Positions 35,448 through 44,429 of a stretch of 64,000 nt of DNA are shown piece after piece; the first letter of the stretch is position 1, and every line of letters begins with the position of its first letter. Source of the stretch: an uncultured Candidatus Saccharibacteria bacterium. Lineage in GTDB: Bacteria > Patescibacteriota > Saccharimonadia > Saccharimonadales > Saccharimonadaceae. The translations under genes were made by a program, and so were the position numbers. The notes beneath the pieces were generated by a model. That model saw only the letters and a program-made list of their open reading frames with translations, searched no databases and was not told the DNA's origin. The stretch spans positions 3,533-67,532 of the forward strand of contig CAMPEU010000017.1 of assembly GCA_946804195.1 (NCBI GenBank). Reading direction: 5' to 3'.

Positions 35448-36178
35448 TATTGGTCACCCCCGTCTTGGTCCACGGTACTTTTACTGAATAGACTTTCTGG
35501 CAATCGTACATACGAATCTGTTACATTTTGTCGGTTCGGCTTGATTATAATTGCATTCTTGGAACTACGCGCAAAGAAAACTGGATCATACTCGAAGGAT
35601 AATGAAAATCGCAGCACCTGATCACCAGATGCATCCTCGCCATAGCTAAGTTCACCTGCCGTTACATGATCAGTTAAAGGCACTGTTTGCGTCTGACCGT
35701 TGTCATCCTTGTAGCTCATAGACGTACCTAGGATTGTCTTTTTTAACACATCAGCCGCAACATAACCATTTTTTGCCTGTCCTTCGAGCACTATCGTACC
35801 AGCTGCGGCATCAAAACTAGTTTGCGAAAAGCTAACTGAATTTGGTGATGCAGGATTCACGGCCACGAGTAGGTCAAAAAAGCGTGAAACAACATTCTTT
35901 TGATTATGTAGCTCGTCCAATTTGGTCAGCTGATGCTGAATAGTAAGTGTGTTATCGATGTCATCAATATTCTGCAGCTCATTACTCCTATCCGTAATAT
36001 CAGTATCAATTGCATTGGACCTAATATTCTGAACGCCGTACAGATACAGAGCAAGCAACACAACAATGCCCACTGCGGCCATTCCAACCACAATTGCACC
36101 ACTAATAACAAGTGTACGAGCACGTTTCGCCTTGATATACTCTTGCTTTACATCCGGGACCAAGTTGATTTCTATCAT
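35447..36178 (-). CDS. pilN: PilN-like pilus alignment protein
   Basis: MIEINLVPDVKQEY (INLLP-type PilM-binding N-terminus) followed by one TM. Confidence 0.65.
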   Translation of the reverse strand: MIEINLVPDVKQEYIKAKRARTLVISGAIVVGMAAVGIVVLLALYLYGVQNIRSNAIDTDITDRSNELQNIDDIDNTLTIQHQLTKLDELHNQKNVVSRFFDLLVAVNPASPNSVSFSQTSFDAAAGTIVLEGQAKNGYVAADVLKKTILGTSMSYKDDNGQTQTVPLTDHVTAGELSYGEDASGDQVLRFSLSFEYDPVFFARSSKNAIIIKPNRQNVTDSYVRLPESLFSKSTVDQDGGDQ

Positions 36179-37230
36179 ACCTTGTTCTCCCTCTGCGCCA
36201 AGCCTACCGCAACGGCAAATTCTGAACTAACTGCCGCTAGTTGTTGATCCTGTGGCGTTGAAACCATCTGCCAAGGATTTGCAGCGACGGCCGGAATACC
36301 TATCTTGTTTGCCAAATATTGATCAATGTGGGGTATGGTACTCGCGTAACCAACTAGCAAAACACCGCCAACAGCCAGGGTCGGATATCGTGTCTGGAAA
36401 AATTGTACTGACTTTGATAACTCTGATACAAAACCATCGAGCGTACTCTCGAGTGCAGTAACCAGTCGGCCCTCTAGCTTGTCTGGTGACAAACCAAACT
36501 TGAGAACAAATTGTCTTGCCTGATCTTCTTCGATATTTAGATTTTGTACGACACTATTAACAAGCGTAGAGAGTCCGTTTGGAATTGTTCGCACAAGTCG
36601 AGGAACATCGCCATATGTCATCGCAACATTAATAGAATCTTCACCGATGTCAACAATCAACTGAGCATCCTTTGTTCCAGGAATCAGTGTCGAGCGAATC
36701 ATTGCAAGAGGATCAGGCTCTGCAGCAACCACCTCAAAACCAAGCCCTTCAATCAATTCTAATCTTTCCTCGGTATAACTGATCGGCGTACTCGCAATTA
36801 GCACCTCTTGTTGCGCAGGATCATGAAAAGATTGTCCCAAAAATGACCAGTCCACCTTTGCTTCATCCACGGCGATAGGTATAAATTTCTCGAATTGATA
36901 CTTCATGGAAGCATGCTGTACCGCCTGAACATTCGCAGGTACGTCTGCAACAGTAATGAATGTTTTATTTGATGGCAAGCCAATTGCAACATTCTTTGTT
37001 TTGATACCACTCTGACCTACAACGGTCATAATCGCCTCGCTCAATCGTTGACGTGCCTCGGCAGAATTAGACATTGACGTCTTGATATCGATTGGCGCAT
37101 AGCCATAATGACGCAGAGACCATTGTCCGTGCCCAGCAGGCGCCAACTGTACAGCGCGAACAGCTGATGTGCCTATATCTAGACCAAAGAAATCACCCAC
37201 GCCTTTTATTAATGCCATAGTACCTTCCAT
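36175..37230 (-). CDS. pilM: PilM, actin-like ATPase of the T4P alignment complex
   Basis: FGLDIGTSAVRAVQL... and IVDIGEDSINVAM are phosphate-binding motifs of the FtsA/PilM fold. Confidence 0.8.
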   Translation of the reverse strand: MEGTMALIKGVGDFFGLDIGTSAVRAVQLAPAGHGQWSLRHYGYAPIDIKTSMSNSAEARQRLSEAIMTVVGQSGIKTKNVAIGLPSNKTFITVADVPANVQAVQHASMKYQFEKFIPIAVDEAKVDWSFLGQSFHDPAQQEVLIASTPISYTEERLELIEGLGFEVVAAEPDPLAMIRSTLIPGTKDAQLIVDIGEDSINVAMTYGDVPRLVRTIPNGLSTLVNSVVQNLNIEEDQARQFVLKFGLSPDKLEGRLVTALESTLDGFVSELSKSVQFFQTRYPTLAVGGVLLVGYASTIPHIDQYLANKIGIPAVAANPWQMVSTPQDQQLAAVSSEFAVAVGLAQRENKV

Positions 37231-37268
37231 TATACATAAGAGTTATGGGATATAAAAGACTTTTTTTG

Positions 37269-39470
37269 CTAGAAATAAGGAGGAAGCTCTACAGAGTAAG
37301 TTGTCTGTATCCTGAGGCCGCTGCTATCGATATTATTCGCCCACAAGTACACACTTGCAGGTAAGTTAATTATCTCGGCAGGCTCGTCTGAATCTCCACC
37401 CATCGCGCCCGCTGTACGTCGCAGATCCAAATCACGTGCCATCACAGGACCATTAATTCTCAGCGGTAGTTCACATATGCGTGTAGTTAACTTATCGGAA
37501 TTATTACATGTATTAATGGTTCCGCCTTTCGCTATTAGCCAAGCATCGATATTAGTGACCGACTCATTTATAGAGATGTTCTTTGCTATAATCACGAGTT
37601 GTGGAATTTCATCAATATTGGCGTAGTCCGTATCTTCGTACTTTATATTTCCGGTTATCCTCACCGTGCTATTCGAAGCATCCAAAATATATGACTTACC
37701 TGCTTTGATGATGCTTGAGCCAAGATCCAGGCTACCGCCAGACTGATATAGGCCGCTCTTCATGCTGCCATTAAAGCTAAGACTATCTCCAGAGGACAAA
37801 TCTTTCACCACAGGAAACAATGCGCGTAGCGGTGGAATAACATCCGGAATACTACCTGACATACCAGATAACTCTGTGAAGTAACCAAATTCATTATCCG
37901 TATTCGCAAATGTCAAATCAGCCCACTGTGATTGCGACGATCTCGACGGTGAAGGAAATCCATTGTGCAATCCAGACAAAGATGCCGTCCAAGATACCTG
38001 GCCCGGAGCAAAAATGCCATATTCTACCCAACTACCATATGTCGTGTAGGTATTATTATTTTCTCGTTTTTCCGTATGGGACGTATAGACACCCGCTCTT
38101 CCACTAGGGCTTTCGTCCGAGAAAAATCGTCCAACCTTCAAATCACCACCCCAAATTTGCACATATGGAGTCTTGCCGACGCTGACAGTAACACACTCTC
38201 CCTGACTAAATCGACTCGCAGGACTGGCATTCTGTGTTGGCTTATCTAATATCAATACAAAGCAAACGTGCGTACCATCTGTCCAGTTATTGTCCCAGGT
38301 CAGTGTCGTAGAACCAAATGTTGCGTTTGTTGGACCGAACACGCGCTGGCTAGTCTGGTAAGGAGGAGTGTCATTGCATTGCACCGTTCCGCTTCCGGTA
38401 ATGAGTGCTTTCAAGGTACTACAATCACCGCTACCATTCTTGTACTTATATACGCTACCGCCGTCACTCGTAGGAAAAGTTCTCAGTTTGTTTATGTTTC
38501 CTCCGGGCGAAACAACAATCTTTTTAACCGTCCATTTGGTTGATGCGCTGTTATCAGATTTTGTATTCGCAACCCAATAGTCGAACTTTACACTGCTATT
38601 AAATTTCGAAATAGTATTCGTGACAGCAGTCACTTTCGGTTCTAAATCATATTTTTTAGGTGGTGGCGGTGGTGGAGTTGGTGGCGTAACGATTGGCTTG
38701 CATGAATCACCAATAACTGATTTTAGTTTCTCGGCTAAGTCACGATAGTTACCACTGATGGGGAAAATATTACTGCTATTAGTCTTGCTGCCATTAACCA
38801 CAAAGTTAATACTGCTCTTGCTCGTGCCGCCTATGATGCCACCAACAATTATTTTTCCTGCTGCCTTGTGCTTTAGTACCGCGTTGCGACCAGCATCAAG
38901 TGCTACCTGATTACCCTCAACCCCCTTCTGCTCATTACCAAACCAATCATACTGCCCGGAAGGCATATTCGGTAGACCATCTGTCATAAATACAATAATG
39001 TCAGCCTTACTGACGATATTTTTTATACCACTATAGCTATTAGGAGCGCCGCGGTTATAAGCAAAACCCTGTTCGTAATTTGTTGTTGCAAACTTCCAAA
39101 AACTCACAACTATACTATTCAGTTGAGCTTTGAATCCGGCATTCACACCCTTTGAACTAACAAAATCATGATATGGTGCGTCGTAATTAACCGCACCATT
39201 AGGTTCATGCGCAAATGACCAAAATGCCAATTGGATATTATCATCATAGAGCCCCGTCGGTTCAAACAATCGTCCAATTTGCGTTCTCATCGTGTTTAAT
39301 TGACTAGGAGTCACCGAGCTAGAACGATCCAGTACCATGACCGCTTTACATGGAGCATCCGCCTGTTGTGCGAGAGTTTGTGATGCAGGAGTAGTTAGTG
39401 CGATCGCTGCGATAATTCCACCGATCAAAAGTGTCCACGGCGCTATCGAAATCACCAGACCCTTCATCAC
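37269..39470 (-). CDS. Secreted vWA-domain protein with a C-terminal domain shared with 11199..13292 (candidate pilus-associated adhesin)
   Basis: Signal/anchor segment; MIDAS VMVLDRSSSV and FMTDGLPN; PPTPPPPPPKK linker. C-terminal LTFANTDN, DEIPQLVIIAKNISIN..IDAWLIAKGGTINTC, PLRINGPV, DEPAEII, YLWA and terminal ELPPYF. Confidence 0.8.
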   Translation of the reverse strand: MMKGLVISIAPWTLLIGGIIAAIALTTPASQTLAQQADAPCKAVMVLDRSSSVTPSQLNTMRTQIGRLFEPTGLYDDNIQLAFWSFAHEPNGAVNYDAPYHDFVSSKGVNAGFKAQLNSIVVSFWKFATTNYEQGFAYNRGAPNSYSGIKNIVSKADIIVFMTDGLPNMPSGQYDWFGNEQKGVEGNQVALDAGRNAVLKHKAAGKIIVGGIIGGTSKSSINFVVNGSKTNSSNIFPISGNYRDLAEKLKSVIGDSCKPIVTPPTPPPPPPKKYDLEPKVTAVTNTISKFNSSVKFDYWVANTKSDNSASTKWTVKKIVVSPGGNINKLRTFPTSDGGSVYKYKNGSGDCSTLKALITGSGTVQCNDTPPYQTSQRVFGPTNATFGSTTLTWDNNWTDGTHVCFVLILDKPTQNASPASRFSQGECVTVSVGKTPYVQIWGGDLKVGRFFSDESPSGRAGVYTSHTEKRENNNTYTTYGSWVEYGIFAPGQVSWTASLSGLHNGFPSPSRSSQSQWADLTFANTDNEFGYFTELSGMSGSIPDVIPPLRALFPVVKDLSSGDSLSFNGSMKSGLYQSGGSLDLGSSIIKAGKSYILDASNSTVRITGNIKYEDTDYANIDEIPQLVIIAKNISINESVTNIDAWLIAKGGTINTCNNSDKLTTRICELPLRINGPVMARDLDLRRTAGAMGGDSDEPAEIINLPASVYLWANNIDSSGLRIQTTYSVELPPYF

Positions 39471-40057
39471 TTACTCCCCAATTCCGTCACTCGTGATGCA
39501 TTATCATCAAAATATTTCTTGTCGAGTGCGGTAACGTTCATTGGGCTCTCTGCCCACTCGCCCGCCAACGTATAGTACTCGGCAGCTAGTGTATAATTTT
39601 TTTGATCTTCGTATATTCGTGACAACCAATCAGCAACCAAAAACTGGTCGTCGCTCAGCGTTACGGCATTCTTTGCGGCAGCAATAGCTTCTTTGACATG
39701 ACCGGCATTATAAAACAGTGCAGATTGATCAATATAAATCTGTATTTTTCGAGCTCTGTCCGTTTCAGCTTTGACTGCATCATCATACACTTTCTCTACA
39801 CCCGCAATATTACCTTTTTTCAGTTCGGACGAAGCATTGTTGAAAATCTCCTCATCGCTCTTAATTTGAGCAACTCGGGCGTCCCGCTCAACCAACTCAC
39901 TTGCTATTGGAGTGCCTCCGACTTGTTGCTGCGACTGGTACAGCATATACCCTACCACGCCAGCGGACACCACGAAAACCGCCACAACACTAGAAACAAT
40001 GATGAGTTTTGCTCTACGGGACATCCCAGAAAATTGTTTCTTATTCTTCTTGCTCAT
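39467..40057 (-). CDS. Membrane-anchored TPR-like repeat protein, first gene of the T4P operon
   Basis: N-terminal TM then helical repeats (ALFYNAGHVKEAIAAAKNAV, RIYEDQKNYTLAAEYYTLAGEW). Confidence 0.6.
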   Translation of the reverse strand: MSKKNKKQFSGMSRRAKLIIVSSVVAVFVVSAGVVGYMLYQSQQQVGGTPIASELVERDARVAQIKSDEEIFNNASSELKKGNIAGVEKVYDDAVKAETDRARKIQIYIDQSALFYNAGHVKEAIAAAKNAVTLSDDQFLVADWLSRIYEDQKNYTLAAEYYTLAGEWAESPMNVTALDKKYFDDNASRVTELGSK

Positions 40058-40198
40058 ACTAAAACGCTATCGCTTATATACACCTTAGTTTACTCGTTAG
40101 ACTCAATTCGAGCAAGCAAATTATATCCCTACAGACATTTATGCCCCACGGACAGCAGGTGTCAAAACAACTCTTTCAGCAATATGATATCAATCTTT

Positions 40199-40246
40199 CA
40201 AAAAAATAGGTCTTGCCGGCGCGTGGCGCAGACAAGACCTATTTTG
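40199..40246 (-). terminator. Hairpin terminator downstream of 40258..40665
   Basis: ataggtcttg...caagacctat (10-bp stem) followed by a T7 run on the minus strand. Confidence 0.6.
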
Positions 40247-40257
40247 CACAACTTTGT

Positions 40258-40665
40258 TCAACTACTCTTCGTCACTTGTGGCGGAATGTGAAAGCACCAC
40301 TTGCGATGACTAACTCTGTGTCTATCCTGGTAAAAATAATACGGACTGACAACATGTACAAAGTCACCCAAGTGCTCGACATACGCGGCGTGAACCAACT
40401 GGGCACGCCCGTGACGAATTGGCTGGGTCCGAATACGAATGTCTCTGCCCTGACGCGGTCGAATGACTATATAATCACCCTGCTGAAATACGCTGGCGAC
40501 ATCGCAATACTGCGCGCCCAGACGATCACAATAGTAATCCTCCGAGTCCAAGCTGACTACCGTCAATCGCTGTTGCTGGTCATCCGTCGAGACCAAGGCC
40601 GAATGCAGAATACTGATTGCCTCGTCTGTGTGTTCTTGACCACTCAGCAAATATACCTCTGGCAT
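40258..40665 (-). CDS. Hypothetical protein (135 aa)
   Basis: ATG at 40665 is preceded by AGGAGG 4 nt upstream, and the terminator lies downstream. No family recognised. The opposite-strand ORF 40213..40683 is rejected. Confidence 0.55.
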   Translation of the reverse strand: MPEVYLLSGQEHTDEAISILHSALVSTDDQQQRLTVVSLDSEDYYCDRLGAQYCDVASVFQQGDYIVIRPRQGRDIRIRTQPIRHGRAQLVHAAYVEHLGDFVHVVSPYYFYQDRHRVSHRKWCFHIPPQVTKSS

Positions 40666-40757
40666 TACGCCTCCTGTAGTTGAATTGTTGATGTGCAAAA
40701 CTTATATTATTATATCACTTTTTAATAAAAAAGTCTATTCATCCCGTGACTCGACGA

Positions 40758-40991
40758 TTAATCGGGCAAATCTGGGATTTCAAATTCCTTTATTTTACTG
40801 GTTGCACCGAGTAATAAAACGACCTTTGTCTTTGGTATATCAAAAAATTCTGCCAACATTTCGGTCACGGCACGATTCGCCTTGCCTTGTTGCGCTGGCT
40901 CACGCACGTACACTAAATATCCACCCAACAAATCCGGCTGGACCAATGCCCCCTTTTTGCTACTAGGTTTTACGGTGACGGTGATTCGCAT
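40758..40991 (-). CDS. DUF167 (YggU-like) family protein
   Basis: MRITVTVKPSSKK.....VYVREPAQQGKANRAVTEMLAEFF..PKTKVVLLLGATSKIKEFEI, the typical UPF0235 pattern. Confidence 0.75.
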   Translation of the reverse strand: MRITVTVKPSSKKGALVQPDLLGGYLVYVREPAQQGKANRAVTEMLAEFFDIPKTKVVLLLGATSKIKEFEIPDLPD

Positions 40992-41041
40992 GTAGTTATT
41001 GTATCAGCGTGAATGGAGCGGATCTTGGTAAACCTAATCCT

Positions 41042-41605
41042 TCAGGAGTTACCTTGAAGCCATTCACCAAACTGTTTCCAGTGCTCTAAGCTTTCACCGG
41101 CTGAGGCAATATCGCCGTCTGCCAATTGCTCGGCCATGGTCTGATCGCCGTATAATATAACAGTCCGTTCAAACGATTCGCTGTCATCTACTCTACCTCT
41201 TGCTTCGTTAATAAATTTGCCTTTGTAGGTCGAAACGAAATGCTGTAGAGATTCACCGTCAAAATACACCACATGTTCATGACAATAAATCGTTTTGTCG
41301 TCGTGCCGTGCCATCAATGCCAGCCAGTCTTCAGAGCTCATCCAGTCGGAAATATCCTTCATGTAACCACCCGGAAATCCACCAAGCGCTGGTATTTCCC
41401 AACTAGTGTCCGACACTACGACAGGTGCATGCGTCACGTCGTACGCAGCACGCGCCTTGGCCTTGGCGATTTCTGCCGGATCGTGGTTCTGTATCTCGTC
41501 TATTTCAACCCTCACAGAGTTTACTGTTATATTGTATTGTTTCAGTGTTTCATTGGCTTCAATGATTTTTCGTGAGTTACCAGTAGCAAATAGGATTTCT
41601 TTCAT
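41042..41605 (-). CDS. rdgB: Non-canonical purine NTP pyrophosphatase (RdgB/HAM1 family)
   Basis: MKEILFATGNSRKIIEA... and the IPALGGFPGGY motif. Start at 41605 fits family length and has TATCAT 6 nt upstream. The 241-aa ORF-track version begins at a TTG. Confidence 0.8.
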   Translation of the reverse strand: MKEILFATGNSRKIIEANETLKQYNITVNSVRVEIDEIQNHDPAEIAKAKARAAYDVTHAPVVVSDTSWEIPALGGFPGGYMKDISDWMSSEDWLALMARHDDKTIYCHEHVVYFDGESLQHFVSTYKGKFINEARGRVDDSESFERTVILYGDQTMAEQLADGDIASAGESLEHWKQFGEWLQGNS

Positions 41606-41844
41606 AGTTTCATGATAACCGTCGGTCTGGCTAGTTTCAAGCTGTTCATTTGTATATCTAGATAGCACATGACACGCTATGTCTCCCTCACCCCCATTTT
41701 TCCAATTGGATCCTGTGACGCGTACAGATAAGCTAAACACGTAGTCACGTATTGCAAAATCATCCAAATCTTGTATAATAGTACTGTCAGACGAGCCGAG
41801 TTGCTCGTCCGAGCATCTTGGTACTACAAAAGAAGAAGGTCCAC

Positions 41845-42093
41845 ATGGTTACCCTTTTGCTCTGCTTGCTGAGCCTCATGCTTCTACTAAGCGCACTGAG
41901 GATCGAATGCACTTCAAGTTGGAAGTGGTACGTAGTTCTTTTTGCGTATGGGGTTTCGGCTGGCTTCACCGTCAACCGCTTCGTACTGCTCGACAGCTCT
42001 GTACTGCAGTTCTTCATGAACCTGCTCATCGTGGTTGGCCTGTACGGCGTTGCATCGTTCGTCATGGACCAACGCAGTCGGAGGCGAGAATAA
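41845..42093 (+). CDS. Hypothetical small three-TM membrane protein
   Basis: ATG at 41845 has an AAGAAGG RBS; three hydrophobic segments; followed by a strong plus-strand terminator. Competing minus-strand ORFs make this uncertain. Confidence 0.35.
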   Translation: MVTLLLCLLSLMLLLSALRIECTSSWKWYVVLFAYGVSAGFTVNRFVLLDSSVLQFFMNLLIVVGLYGVASFVMDQRSRRRE

Positions 42094-42146
42094 CGACGAC
42101 AAGGTAAAATGATACTGCTCATCGAGTAGCATCACCAAGATACGGT

Positions 42147-42200
42147 CGAGGGCCACGAATTTGCGTTATGCAGACTCGTGGCCCTCGGCCCTTTTTATTT
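42147..42200 (+). terminator. Rho-independent terminator
   Basis: 12-bp stem cgagggccacga...tcgtggccctcg followed by gccctttttatttt. Confidence 0.6.
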
Positions 42201-42211
42201 TCAGCGTTAGA

Positions 42212-42418
42212 TTATTTACCCAGTTTTTCAGGCACGATAAACCACAACACGAGGTATGGTACCAAACCCGGCAAACCACCAGGCAACAGCAAGATTACTG
42301 CAATTGCACGAACGATTACTGGATCAATGTCGAAATACTCAGCTATACCACCACATACGCCCGCAATCTTGCGGTCTTTTTTGGATCTGTATAGTCGTCT
42401 TGGTTGTTTGTTAGTCAT
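42212..42418 (-). CDS. PspC-domain membrane protein
   Basis: LYRSKKDRKIAGVCGGIAEYFDIDPVIVRAIAVIL. ATG at 42418 lies 6 nt after TATAAT. Confidence 0.75.
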   Translation of the reverse strand: MTNKQPRRLYRSKKDRKIAGVCGGIAEYFDIDPVIVRAIAVILLLPGGLPGLVPYLVLWFIVPEKLGK

Positions 42419-42425
42419 ATGTAGA

Positions 42426-42737
42426 TTATACCTCATCCTGACTCGGTGTCTCTGTGACATTTTGATGATAGTTATCCAGCGCCATAGCAAGTACATCATG
42501 GATTCGCTGGCGACTGTCAGGCTTCCACGCATCGAGCGTATCTATCATGTCGTCTGCACTGTATGTCGACATCTGCATACGTTCAGCAAATTCAATATCC
42601 AAATCACGTATGGTCGTATTGGTACTGGCAATCTCGCCAGCAATATGCAAAATCATTTGGTTTTGCACGTCAATCAAGACACCTAGTAATGTATTCATGT
42701 CTTCGACTTTTGCCGGGCGAGGCACTTCGTTGGTCAT
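42426..42737 (-). CDS. Hypothetical protein (103 aa)
   Basis: ATG lies 6 nt after TATAAT (predicted leaderless). No recognised family. Confidence 0.5.
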   Translation of the reverse strand: MTNEVPRPAKVEDMNTLLGVLIDVQNQMILHIAGEIASTNTTIRDLDIEFAERMQMSTYSADDMIDTLDAWKPDSRQRIHDVLAMALDNYHQNVTETPSQDEV

Positions 42738-42831
42738 GGCAAGATTATACCCCTAATATATCCTCTATTTCAATCACATCTAGCAAGCATGAGAAATTTT
42801 TTATTCACACTTTTCATGGTATAACCAACAC

Positions 42832-43674
42832 ATGACAAACATCGATTCTACGCCGGAATCACCCCAGCATAACCACGAGCAGTGGTTGGCGATTGAAAAC
42901 ATGAGTATGGTGCAGGATATCCTCATGGACGAAGATCCAGATGTCGAAAGACCGGACCTATGGCGACTGACATGGAACGAATTACAAATGGAGTCCGCCA
43001 CGTATACCGACCACCTCCAAGAGATTAATCGACAGATTGCCCGTACTCAAATTCATTCGCTGTACATGGAATCACTCGAGTGCCAATACCCGGAACTCAA
43101 AAACGTAGAATCCGAAGAAGAATTGATAATCGCAATGGCAATGATCGCGGACCTACCCCCCTGTAGCGGTAGCTTTACTGCATCAGATTACCAATCAGCA
43201 GACGGCAAAATGCGAGGCATGTCGTGCACCGAAGTCAAATTAGGTGATAGCGTTGCCCTATCAATATGTTTGATCGATCATGACAATGGATTAACAAAAT
43301 CGTACATCCTAACAATAGGTATTGATGGCAAAATGTGGGGCGGTGCCGACACAGAAATGAGCATACGTGATTCAGACGAAGATGAGATGCTGAGCAAGAT
43401 CCACCCTAGCCAAATCAGTAATCTCGTGCAAGTCTTACACGGTAGCATGATGCCGTACGAATTAGAAAACAAATTAGTAGAAATCGAAACAGTGTCCGCA
43501 GAAACAGACGAATTCGAACTACGCGCAATCCTAGAATATGCTCGAACACAGTACTATCTAGCAGTCCAAACTCATGCCGAAGAGGCCCAAAAAGGCGTAT
43601 ACGACATACAGCTAGACTACCTAAATGAGATGCACCAGATAGCACTCGAACGCATGGAACAATTACTTTACTGA
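42832..43674 (+). CDS. Hypothetical acidic cytoplasmic protein (280 aa)
   Basis: Long uninterrupted ORF. ATG lies 6 nt after TGGTATAAC (extended -10). No recognised family. Confidence 0.6.
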   Translation: MTNIDSTPESPQHNHEQWLAIENMSMVQDILMDEDPDVERPDLWRLTWNELQMESATYTDHLQEINRQIARTQIHSLYMESLECQYPELKNVESEEELIIAMAMIADLPPCSGSFTASDYQSADGKMRGMSCTEVKLGDSVALSICLIDHDNGLTKSYILTIGIDGKMWGGADTEMSIRDSDEDEMLSKIHPSQISNLVQVLHGSMMPYELENKLVEIETVSAETDEFELRAILEYARTQYYLAVQTHAEEAQKGVYDIQLDYLNEMHQIALERMEQLLY

Positions 43675-43675
43675 A

Positions 43676-44311
43676 CTATAAATCAGTTGTTGGATCGGAC
43701 TTGTCCAGCAATCCACGAACAATTACATCCGTAGAAAGAAGCTTTCTTGTTCGGAATAAACCTGACCTAACAGTTGCGGGTTCAATGTTCAATTCTTCGC
43801 TAATTTCGTCATTGGTTTTTTCATACACGGCGCGCAGAACAAACATGTCATACCAGTTTTGGTGTTCTGGGCACAAAATCTCTTTTGCGCGTTGCATCAC
43901 TAAATCAAAATTATCATTCAACTCAACGTCTTCGTAACCATCGTTTGCAGTCCGATCGGGATATTCTGCATATTCCCGCATATCCGACGCTAGCACTTGA
44001 TTGCGACGAACCTTTGCACGCCCTTCATTAAAAATCGAGTTACGCAAAACTGTAAAGAGCCAACCTTGACGCAGGGTTGCCTTGTCAGTAATGATTTCTC
44101 CGTTCTCATTACGGTAGAAGTTATCAAACGCTTTCATAAAGACATCTTGAACCGCGTTTGCGGGATCGCGTGCACCGTATCGAAACTTGGCCATGCGTAG
44201 CAACGGTTCGGAAAACTGTAAGTATAACTCGTCAAAAGTGTATGCCTCTGCATCAGAGACTGCTGTTTTAGTGCTAATTTCCACTTTCGGGGAGGTATCA
44301 CCATAAGCCAT
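43676..44311 (-). CDS. ECF-type RNA polymerase sigma factor (sigma-70 regions 2 and 4)
   Basis: AVQDVFMKAF...GWLFTVLRNSIFNEGRA (region 2) and NDEISEELNIEPATVRSGLFRTRKLL (region 4 HTH). Start at ATG 44311 is set by the promoter below. Confidence 0.8.
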   Translation of the reverse strand: MAYGDTSPKVEISTKTAVSDAEAYTFDELYLQFSEPLLRMAKFRYGARDPANAVQDVFMKAFDNFYRNENGEIITDKATLRQGWLFTVLRNSIFNEGRAKVRRNQVLASDMREYAEYPDRTANDGYEDVELNDNFDLVMQRAKEILCPEHQNWYDMFVLRAVYEKTNDEISEELNIEPATVRSGLFRTRKLLSTDVIVRGLLDKSDPTTDL

Positions 44312-44318
44312 TTGTAAC

Positions 44319-44347
44319 ATTGTACCATAATACCGGAATTTTGTAAA
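44319..44347 (-). promoter_or_regulatory. Promoter TTTACA-N17-TACAAT, 7 nt upstream of the sigma-factor ATG
   Basis: Read on the minus strand: tttaca aaattccggtattatgg tacaat gttacaa ATG. Confidence 0.55.
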
Positions 44348-44352
44348 TACCA

Positions 44353-44394
44353 CAAAAAAGCGAAAAGGCGCCGTACCCGAAGGTCGTGCGCCTT
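44353..44394 (-). terminator. Hairpin plus T-rich tract downstream of the sortase gene
   Basis: Minus strand: aaggcgc...gcgcctt followed by ttcgctttttt. Confidence 0.55.
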
Positions 44395-44429
44395 TATCAC
44401 TACGTAGGAATCACATTTCCTGATAATAC

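Noticed and set aside
41606-41767. 54-aa N-terminal extension of RdgB in the 241-aa ORF-track model.
   Set aside because: The extension starts at a TTG and has no similarity to HAM1 proteins. The internal ATG at 41605 gives the normal family length and fits the -10/N6/ATG pattern.
41787-42156. Minus-strand ORFs 41787..42122 (111 aa) and 41914..42156 (80 aa).
   Set aside because: They overlap each other and the plus-strand three-TM ORF, which has an RBS and a plus-strand terminator. The 80-aa ORF starts inside the terminator stem. The region remains ambiguous, so only the plus-strand ORF was kept, at low confidence.
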